Positions 51,301-59,337 of a stretch of DNA of 64,000 nucleotides are shown piece after piece (positions within the stretch are counted from its first letter, which is position 1; every line of letters begins with the position of its first letter). This stretch comes from Laetmonice hystrix. Lineage: Eukaryota. The notes beneath the pieces are model-generated. The model was not told the DNA's origin. It did not search any database and worked only from the letters and a program-made list of their open reading frames with translations. The stretch is from assembly GCA_965235115.1 (NCBI GenBank), contig OZ249447.1, positions 14,198,001 through 14,262,000 on the forward strand, read 5' to 3'. The translations under genes were made by a program, and so were the position numbers.

Positions 51301-54300
51301 GGTAGGGTATCGGACCTCTCTCAGTCACTACACAGGTACGGTACCGGACCTCTCTCAGTCACTACACAGGTAGGGTACCAGACGTCTCAGTCACTACACA
51401 GGTAGGGTACCGGACCTCTCTCAGTCACTACACAGGTAGGGTACCGGACCTCTCTCAGTCACTACACAGGTAGGGTACCGGACCTCTCTCAGTCACTACA
51501 CAGGTAGGGTACCGGACCTCTCTCAGTCACTACACAGGTAGGGTACCGGACCTCTCTCAGTCACTACACAGGTAGGGTACCGGACCTCTCTCAGTCACTA
51601 CACAGGTAGGGTACCGGACCTCTCTAAGTCACTACACAGGTAGGGTACCGGACCTCTCAGTCACTACACAGGTAGGGTACCGGAACTCTCTCAGTCACTA
51701 CACAGGTAGGGTACCAGACCTCTCTCAGTCACTACACAGGTAGGGTACCGGACCTCTCTCAGTCACTACACAGATAGGGTACCGGACCTCTCTCAGTCAC
51801 TACACAGGTAGGTTACCGGACCTCTCTCAGTCACTACACAGGTAGGGTACCGGACCTCTCTCAGTCACTACACAGGTAGGGTACCAGACGTCTCAGTCAC
51901 TACACAGGTAGGGTACCGGACCTCTCTCAGTCATTACACAGGTAGGGTACCGGACCTCTCTCAGTCACTACACAGGTAGGGTACCGGACCTCTCTCAGTC
52001 ACTACACAGATAGGGTACCGGACCTCTCTCAGTCACTACACAGGTAGGGTACCGGACCTCTCTCAGTCACTACACAGGTAGGGTACCAGACGTCTCAGTC
52101 ACTACACAGGTAGGGTACCGGACCTCTCTCAGTCATTACACAGGTAGGGTACCGGACCTCTCTCAGTCACTACACAGGTAGGGTACCAGACCTCTCTCAG
52201 TCACTACACAGGTAGGGTACCGGACCTCTCTCAGTCACTACACAGGGTACCGGGCCTCTCTCAGTCACTACACAGGTAGGGTACCGGACCTCTCAGTCAC
52301 TACACAGGTATGATACCGGACCTCTCTCAGTCACTACACAGGTAGGGTACCGGACCTCTCTCAGTCACTACACAGGTACGGTACCGGACCTCTCTCAGTC
52401 ACTACACAGGTAGGGTACCAGACGTCTCAGTCACTACACAGGTAGGGTACCGGACCTCTCTCAGTCACTACACAGGTAGGGTACCAGACGTCTCAGTCAC
52501 TACACAGGTACGGTACCGGACCTCTCTCAGTCACTACACAGGTAGGGTACCAGACGTCTCAGTCACTACACAGGTAGGGTACCGGACCTCTCTCAGTCAC
52601 TACACAGGTAGGGTACCAGACGTCTCAGTCATTACACAGGTAGGGTACCGGACCTCTCTCAGTCACTACACAGGTAGGGTACCGGACCTCTCTCAGTCAC
52701 TACACAGGTAGGGTACCGGACCTCTCTCAGTCACTACACAGGTAGGGTACCAGACGTCTCAGTCACTACACAGGTAGGGTACCGGACCTCTCTCAGTCAC
52801 TACACAGGTAGGGTACCAGACCTCTCTCAGTCACTACACAGGTAGGGTACCGGACCTCTCTCAGTCACTACACAGGGTACCGGACCTCTCTCAGTCACTA
52901 CATAGGTAGGGTACCGGACCTCTCAGTCACTACACAGGTATGATACCGGACCTCTCTCAGTCACTACACAGGTAGGGTACCGGACCTCTCTCAGTCACTA
53001 CACAGGTACGGTACCGGACCTCTCTCAGTCACTACACAGGTAGGGTACCAGACGTCTCAGTCACTACACAGGTACGGTACCGGACCTCTCTCAGTCACTA
53101 CACAGATAGGGTACCGGACCTCTCTCAGTCACTACACAGGTAGGGTACCGGACCTCTCTTAGTCACTACACAGGTAGGGTACCGGACCTCTCTCAGTCAC
53201 TACACAGGTAGGGTACCGGACCTCTCTCAGTCACTACACAGAGTACCGGACCTCTCAGTCACTACACAGGTACGGTACCGGACCTCTCTCGGTATAAATC
53301 GAAGTAAAGTAAATAAGAATGGTTCCTGCAGCATACTTTATGTCTTATTCTATTTTTCTTGTCTTAGGTCATCTCCTGGCACACGTGAGTTGGACATGTC
53401 CCCAGAGTAACCCTGATATAAAGGTCACAGGGTACAAAGTTCTGGTGGACGGAAAGCAGTATGGAACCACCCTACATGCTGGCGTACAGAATGTCCGAGT
53501 CAAGGTAAGCACTTCGCAGATTCAAAGAGCTCTGGTATATGCGTACATGTAGTATTGGTACCGGTAGAGGGACATTTACTAATTAGTAGATTCATATATT
53601 GTTACATTCAATAGTAAATTACTTGACGGTCCATATATATTTAGAAAATTATTTCATACATTGTGGATGGCAAAACATTTTTGTTAAAGGGAGTCGTAAA
53701 ATTCATTTTTTTCGATTTATGGCAGTCTTAGAAACATATGATTCGCATACCTTGGACTCCCGCCAGTAACATCATGTGAGACTGTTATGGCCCAGCGACC
53801 AGTATTTAGTAAGGAAAATATGCCAAATCTCTCGCAAATACGTAGCTCAGAATTAGCGAACGGCCCACAGGATATTTGAGTTGGCCGCGGTCGGGCGATG
53901 ATCACGCGTGATCACGCGACTTCCGGGTGTGGAAGGGAATCTCCCTCTAGTCTAGCGTTGACCTAAATACCGCATGTACACCCGGAAGTCACGTGATCAC
54001 GCGTCATCATCGCCCGACCGCGGCCAACTCAAATATCCTGTGGGCCGCTCGCTAATTCTGAGCTACGTATTTGCGAGAGATTTGGCATATTTTCCTTACT
54101 AAATACTGGTCGCTGGGCCATAACAGTCTCACATGATGTTACTGGGAGTCCAAGGTATGCGAATTATAATGTTTCTAAGACTGCCATAAATCGAAAAAAA
54201 TGAATTTTACGACTCCCTTTAAGGTCATACGCTCCCTTACCTCATAACTTAATAACATAATGAGATTTATTGCTAGTCTTTTAGCCAATGGTCAGAAATT

Positions 54301-56679
54301 TTTCTTCTGCATTGATTGCTATTCGAGATAGATATTGATAAAGGGCGTGTTCATTTCTATTCTATTATTGCCATGGTTTATTTTGACCACTGGTAAGGAG
54401 ACGGCTAGAGAGTGAATAATTTCGGTAACTTTCAGCTCGGTCTGCAGCAGCCCAGTCACCGCCTCAGTATGGTGTCTGTCAGCGACCACCCCCACACCAC
54501 CAGCGTTCAGTCAAATATTGTCGAGTTATTGACCGACCCCTTCAAGCCCTTCTCATTTTTCTCATATCTGGATTCCACGTAAGTATCATATTATCTGTTT
54601 CAAATCCAGTTACATTTGTACTTGAAACGGAATGTAATTCCTTTTTCCTTTTCAAACAAAATACCCCAAAACACATGGACGCTGTCTAAGTAGAGGACTG
54701 AGTGATTGTATTTAGGGAATTGATCGGTGTTTCTCGGCCAGGGGTCCCAGAACCAGCGGCCTGTACTCGCAGACGTTGGCCCAGGAGCGTAAATCCCGTC
54801 GCCCTATCAACCAGGGCCTCCTGAAGCGGCATGTACCGCCTCCTGCAGCCGCCGTCATGGACGTGTTTGAGGGCGAGTACCACCCTCTATTCCCGCCCTC
54901 GGGACCTCGCAGCACAACGGCGCTCCTCTTCTGGGCCAAGTGGTCAGTCGTTTCTGATTACTGTCATTCCATTTTCCATTTACAAAACTGAAACTCATTG
55001 GTTATGGTCAAAGGGCAGCCAATATATTCGACAGTTAAGGTTTCTTGTGCATGACCTTTTCTCATATTTACTATTTTGGCCTCAAGCTTTCTTATAAAAG
55101 AAGAATTATCGCACAAATCTTTCAGAAGATTCTGGATAATTACCGCGTATATAAAGACTTTGTGACGGAACATTATTTCTCTCTTTGATGTTTTATTACA
55201 TAGGAACCCGGCCTCAAGGAAGGCACTTGGATGGTTTGTCAGGTTCGCCAAAAGTAACTCGGCCCAGAATGAGTTTATAGCCGTGGCCTGCACTGCACAC
55301 GACCCAACAGCCAATGACCGGCAAGAGTTGGTGCACGTGATCACAGAGAATGGTTGGCGGGATGACAAGTGTGTGCGTCACGTGACCAGCCATTGTGCTT
55401 CCCCCAGCACTATAGGCTCGGAGTATGTGAAAAGTACGTATTGAAGGATCAGTCTTTTGGGATGCATACGATCTGCGGAATCGTGCATAAAGAGTACACG
55501 TTTTTTAATTATGGCTTCTAAAGTTACAAATACAACACGAGACGGTACTTTTGTCTGGATTGGTCCAGGAGCGTAAATATTGCATACGTAGGTTTGATTT
55601 CGATTTTCACGTTTTTTTGTGTTCAGGCCGTAATGGTGACGTTTCTAATGAGCCGTCGTCTGACGTCGCCGATCTGTTTGGTATTGTTGGTGTCCCAATG
55701 ATTGTCCTCGTACACCCGGGAGGTAAGCGGATATTCGGCGTCACTAATTTTGAATAGTCCCATTTGTAAATCACTTCCATGTAGGTATAGAGTGTCGTGT
55801 ATGGAGGAAACCATACTGGGGTATTCGGGCGATGATGTTAATGTAAACAAAGGTGTTATTGTTATAGCAGCCGATATTGCCGACACTATATTTAGTAACA
55901 CCCCCACTGTCAGTAATTAGGTGTGATCAAGAGGCTTATTTTGTGGAGGAATCGGCTTATATTTGTGCACTCTGTTTATATTTGTGCACTCTGTTTATAT
56001 TTGTGCACTCTGTTTATATTTGTGCACTCTGTTTATATTCGTGCACTCTGTTTATATTTGTGCACTTTGTTTATATTTGTGCTCTCTGTTTTGTTTCCTC
56101 AGATTATATTGCGTGGAAGGGTCGCTACTGTGCCTTCGATTACATCTCCTACGAGAACGTATTGAAATATGTTTTTGCGCAGGCGTCAGGACAAGGGGCC
56201 TCGCCTCCCGATCCTTGGGACACAAACATTGATGTGGACGCGCTTGGTGAGTAATTCTCATTAATAAATTCATAATTATAACAAAATGAAAACCACCTGT
56301 AATTTATAGCTGCACTGTCGCAGCGGGACGCGTCATTTAAAAAAACAACTTCTTTTCTACCAAAGATGGCGTTTCAAAACGAGGCCTGAGTGAGTCCCAG
56401 ATGTTGATTCATCGACCAACAAACAACATGCGACTTGGAGGCGGTAATACTTCCACCGTACACATGAACGGTAACCGACCCACCTCGGCCAAAAAACCTC
56501 TCTTCCGGAAATCTAGCGGAAAGAAGTCGAAAGATAAACTGTCGATTAGCACGCGGCCTTTCTCCGCGTCAGGGGCCATACGGAGTCCGTACGCTACCAA
56601 CGTCCTGGCCGAGGAAGGGTTAATAGCTGGACCGAAGAGACGAGCCAAATCGGGAAAGAAACTCAATGGCAACTATTGA
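21366..56679 (+). CDS. Very large modular protein (~3,540 aa, ~59 exons): myristoylation motif, 7 cupredoxin-like repeats, CHB_HEX_C/Fn3-associated-type domain, ~16 FN3 domains, degenerate thioredoxin-like domain
   Basis: Hand-spliced, phase-consistent GT-AG exons: 21366-21606, 21810-21886, 22272-22444, 23665-23883, 24073-24114, 24249-24432, 24647-24718, 24842-24876, 24986-25143, 25288-25431, 25929-26089, 26366-26482, 26834-26998, 27136-27311, 27454-27529, 27689-27799, 27907-27987, 28102-28258, 28494-28654, 28788-28976, 29109-29234, 29479-29631, 29821-29985, 30207-30303, 31401-31556, 31956-32000, 32312-32389, 33938-34708, 35738-35920, 37440-37594, 37843-38009, 38154-38273, 38462-38603, 38732-39084, 39261-39381, 39573-39770, 39911-40157, 40334-40483, 40636-40737, 41115-41207, 41315-41500, 41717-42639, 43219-43369, 43526-43745, 44250-44442, 45468-45839, 47545-47723, 48078-48258, 48459-48632, 48897-49016, 49270-49424, 49808-49953, 53368-53504, 54436-54578, 54742-54942, 55204-55433, 55627-55722, 56103-56246, 56366-56679 (10,626 nt, no internal stop). 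Weakest junctions are the acceptors at 27689 and 35738; linkage across 33938-37440 is less certain than the domain exons. Confidence 0.82.
21810..28258 (+). other. Exons encoding seven tandem cupredoxin/plastocyanin-like repeats
   Basis: A recurrent pattern V.(I/V)...GF.P..(I/V).I..GD.(V/I).W.W....H(N/T)(I/V)...F...G.Y.(Y/F) is seen seven times, e.g. VHVTDTGFEPKVVTIHPRDRVWWVWQDAKRQHNII...FDLPGVYYY. Confidence 0.72.
28494..28976 (+). other. Exons encoding a chitobiase/beta-hexosaminidase C-terminal (Fn3-associated)-type domain
   Basis: TTPFVSG...IHLECETPGSSIFYTLDGSSP...LYKPDKGICL...LRAIATSK..LNSDVMT matches the TP...IYYTLDGS.P...Y...I.....A.A....S.V pattern. Confidence 0.7.
30308..31148. repeat. 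Intronic minisatellite of interspersed 23-bp and 36-bp units, interrupted at ~30811-31005
   Basis: GTCTTACATAGTCAGAACCAGAG (23) and GTCTACCTGTGGTTGAATACATAGTCAGAACCAGAG (36). It begins 4 nt after the donor at 30304. Confidence 0.95.
30830..31005 (+). mobile_element. tRNA-derived SINE-like insertion
   Basis: A-box-like GGTGGCCTAGTGG (~30840-30852) and B-box GGTTCGATTCC (30908-30918), followed by non-tRNA sequence and an A-rich end. No CCA or acceptor-stem closure seen; TSD not evident. Confidence 0.6.
32615..32986. repeat. Intronic minisatellite, 30-bp unit, ~12 copies
   Basis: Unit CTGTGACGTACCTGGTCACTGTGACCCTAT with point variants; CTGTGAC occurs twice per unit. Confidence 0.93.
40811..40851. 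repeat. Perfect 20-bp-arm palindrome with 1-nt loop
   Basis: ATCCCATGTCTGATAACGTA-A-TACGTTATCAGACATGGGAT. Confidence 0.9.
42671..43118. mobile_element. MITE with ~140-bp TIRs and TTAA TSD (Kolobok-like termini)
   Basis: TTAA|AGGCAGGGTAAACACCC...GGGTGTTTACCCTCCCT|TTAA; arms about 42671-42812 and 42984-43118 are near reverse complements. Confidence 0.82.
44531..45342 (+). mobile_element. Possible Helentron-associated (DINE-1/HINE-like) non-autonomous element
   Basis: CCGTCCGTACGTACGTCCGT microsatellite near the 5' end, a short inverted pair ACGCCTT / AAGGCGT, and a terminal mini-hairpin AGGC-AGC-GCCT followed by a T-run. Boundaries are approximate. Confidence 0.35.
49585..49668. repeat. 23-bp perfect inverted repeat with 38-bp spacer
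   Basis: CAATCTAATTAAAATTAGATCTT ... AAGATCTAATTTTAATTAGATTG; each arm is itself nearly palindromic. Confidence 0.8.
49933..53290 (+). repeat. ~3.35-kb tandem array, 34-bp unit (~100 copies) made of exon 3' end plus splice donor
   Basis: Unit CCTCTCTCAGTCACTACACAG|GTAGGGTACCGGA. The first 21 nt match the exon end CCTCTCTGAGTCACTACACAG (20/21) and the last 13 nt match the intron start GTAAGGTACCGGA (12/13). Confidence 0.97.
53688..54218. mobile_element. Long-palindrome MITE (531 bp, ~243-bp arms) with TTAA TSD (Kolobok-like termini)
   Basis: TTAA|AGGGAGTCGTAAAATTCA...TGAATTTTACGACTCCCT|TTAA; arms about 53688-53930 and 53979-54218 are near-perfect reverse complements with a ~48-bp spacer. Confidence 0.9.
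54742..56246 (+). other. Exons encoding a thioredoxin-like domain lacking CxxC
   Basis: TALLFWAKWNPASRKAL aligns to the V.L.FWA.WCxxCR pattern. VADLFGIVGVPMIVLVHPGG aligns to the cis-Pro segment pattern A..FGV.GIP...LID..G. Confidence 0.68.
55958..56090. repeat. Intronic minisatellite, 19-bp unit, ~7 copies
   Basis: TTATATTTGTGCACTCTGT repeated; it ends at the polypyrimidine tract of the acceptor at 56102. Confidence 0.92.
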
Positions 56680-58132
56680 TGCATTGTTTTTTTAGCCCCC
56701 CCCCACACACACACAAATATTTAAAAATCCCACAATCTTCCAGGCCGCTCACACGTTCTGTTAGCTCGGTATAATGTACAGTGTGTGAGTATATATTTTG
56801 TATGTAGTACGTGTTTATGTATATAATATTTTACCGTTGATACATAACAGGGTTATTGTTATCTTTCATGAATCTCCCTCATACCAAGTAGTTCACACAT
56901 ATATAGTTTCAGGAGTAGTTAGAGATCTGTTGTAACAAAATGAAGTCAGTCCTGTTAAGAGAAGGTATCTCAGATGGAGTACTACATTTAACCAGTATCA
57001 CGTACATACTCCCCATAGTCCAGTATCGAGTTGAATTAAGCAGTCTCGTCAGTACAAGTTTGAGCTTGTTTGTACAAAGGTATATTTTTAAACTGATGTA
57101 GTAAAACCCAGTGTTGTTAGAAATACTACTTACTGGCAATAGATAAGCTTACTATATGTATACAAAAATCTCCTAAGATAAGACTGCAGAATATGTAGGG
57201 AAAACGGAGGAGGTTTTCTTCAACGGTTTACAACCATGTATTTTCAATCACTGTATGGGATTGCGAATGATTGATGGTTTATTACATGTATAGGGCACAC
57301 TGCATACAAGTGATAACGGACAGACTGAGTTGCTTCCTTTGTATTTTCAGTTCTATGATATTCTAAGTCAGTACACTGTGATGTCCCGCTCAGATATGAC
57401 GTTATTCTCATTTTTCATGATGTAAACGACTCGGCGCAGTGTTGTGATATTGTATACAGGTAGAGACAACTGGTCGAGTATCAAAGTATCAAAGCGTTGA
57501 TATATATATACATGTGTATGTGATATAACTTCTCTTCTCGGATTCGGGTAAACCCCACAGTTTGAATGGAAGCTTTTCATTTGGTAGAACCTCGCACTGC
57601 TGTATATTAATCCAGGATTTGCACCAAACGCTCAATGTAAATTCAGAATCTCATGTAGGCCTACACATTCAATCTGTGATCTTTATGACAAGAGAAATTG
57701 ATGTACATAATTATGTTAGAATATTTCATATTCCCAAAGAAGTGATTTACATGGAAGCATTACCATACATATTATTATATTTTCCAGCACATTCGCACCG
57801 GCGAAGGCTCCCCAGGGGGGTCGTCGACTCGTAATTTAAATATATAATAGAAATAGTTGCACCTAATTAGAGTTACTTATCGTTCGGCGTTAGATTATAA
57901 ATGAGGACCAATATCCAATCCCAGGAATTCCATTGCTGAATTATGCGTGTCCATTAGTTCCACTTTACGGACATGGAGGAGGGGTTATTCTGAAACCACA
58001 GTATCAGTCAATGCGACTCTTCCTATGTGTGGTTTTGTTTCTGTTCAATCGTTTCTGTTCTCTTGTTATGAGCTTATACGAATGTATTCATGCACATGTA
58101 TTCATCGCTTGGGGTGAGTATATATCAACGAT

Positions 58133-58308
58133 CAGGGGTGTAGCCAGGGGGCGTGGCCCCCCCCCCCCATCCCAAACTTACATATAGGTTTATAAAACAA
58201 AGCTGTTATATTAGTGAAATTCTGGGGATATGCGCATGTGCGCTGTTCCAGATTGGTTGCCGGACCTCTCCCCCCCCCCGCCCCCATTAAATCCTGGCGA
58301 CACGCCTG
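58133..58308. mobile_element. 176-bp MITE, CAGG...CCTG termini, 5-bp TSD ACGAT
   Basis: ACGAT|CAGGGGTGTAGCCAGG ... CCTGGCGACACGCCTG|ACGAT; TIRs match 14/16. Confidence 0.8.
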
Positions 58309-58336
58309 ACGATGTAGGCGTACAACTCAACTTTGT

Positions 58337-58755
58337 GTTTCACTCGTGCGAGGAATCTTCCTTGAGGATAGAGCTCCGTGATTGGTCGAGAATAGAGCTC
58401 CGTGATTGGTCGGAAATAGAGCTCCGTGATTGGTCGGCAGGGAGGACGGCGCTCGAGATTTGACCTACTTACAGGCTTCCGAGTCGTTTTGACCGGAACC
58501 GTTTCACTCGTGCGAGGAATCTTTCTTGAGAATAGAGCTCCATGATTGGTCGGGAGAGAGGACGGCACTCGAGGTTTGACCTACATACAAGCTTCCGAGT
58601 CGTTTTGACCAGAACCGTTTCACTCGTGCGAGGAATCTTTCTTAGAATAGAGCTCCGTGATTGGTCGGAAATAGAGCTCCGTGATTGGTCGGGAATAGAG
58701 CTCCGTGATTGGTCGGGAGAGAGGACGGCGCTCGAGGTTTGACCGGAACCGTTTT
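58337..58755. repeat. Nested repeat: three larger blocks holding 3, 1 and 3 copies of a 24-bp unit
   Basis: Block start GTTTCACTCGTGCGAGGAATCTT, unit TAGAGCTCCGTGATTGGTCGGAAA, block end AGGACGGC(G/A)CTCGAG(A/G)TTTGACC. Confidence 0.88.
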
Positions 58756-59337
58756 CTACCGAATCAATTCCTTGATATACACAATAACAAACGCTGCATG
58801 CCATAAAAAATACACACCATTTACGTAATGTTTCTTATTTAATCATCTTGTCAATACAAGTAACAAGGAATGTATTGTCAGTTCAACACAAACATGACCA
58901 CTGTGGAGGTGACTGCGCCTAGAGCAGAGTTACGTCATTATACCATACATAATAGACGCCTCGTTTATTATGCATATGATTGGTCATAAGAGAGTGACGT
59001 AGTTACACATGGCAGGTACTTGTTGACAGACAAATGATGATAGCTAGGATGCATGCCTAATAATATTATAAACATGCTCTCATCTTTAACAAACTATGTA
59101 CATGCATGTATAATAAAAATTTCCATGTTTAAACCTGGTTTCTTTGTCTGTTTCTGCCCTGCCTGATAACACTTAAAGAAACCCACGACTATATCTTATT
59201 TCAGTGACTTCAAAATAAAGACATGGGCTGTAAGGTGAGATACCGCATCGAGCGATTTCCCCTCTCACGACAGCCAGCCCTTTTTCACCGGAGAAAAGAT
59301 CGCTTCCCTTTGCTTTAATACTGTGTAGCATATGTAC

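Larger units (their letters stand above)
29109..54578 (+). other. Exons encoding about 16 fibronectin type III domains (2 before and ~14 after a low-complexity linker)
   Basis: Repeated P..P...V.W...GY.V.(L/V)(N/D)G...L.PG..Y.V.V motifs, e.g. APTDVKVTSTTVNSLTVTWAPP, GYKVYVNG, DLSPGQSYDINV, GLKPNVTYNVVV. Confidence 0.85.

Noticed and set aside
54716-54741. Acceptor at 54715 for the pre-thioredoxin exon
   Set aside because: Wrong phase for the donor at 54578; the acceptor at 54741 restores the frame.
55877-56102. N-terminal parts of ORFs 55877-56254, 55923-56165 and 55963-56232
   Set aside because: They translate the 19-bp intronic repeat; only 56103-56246 is exon.
58230-58804. ORFs with IELRDWS / RPITELY repeats
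   Set aside because: Translations of the 24-bp nested repeat.
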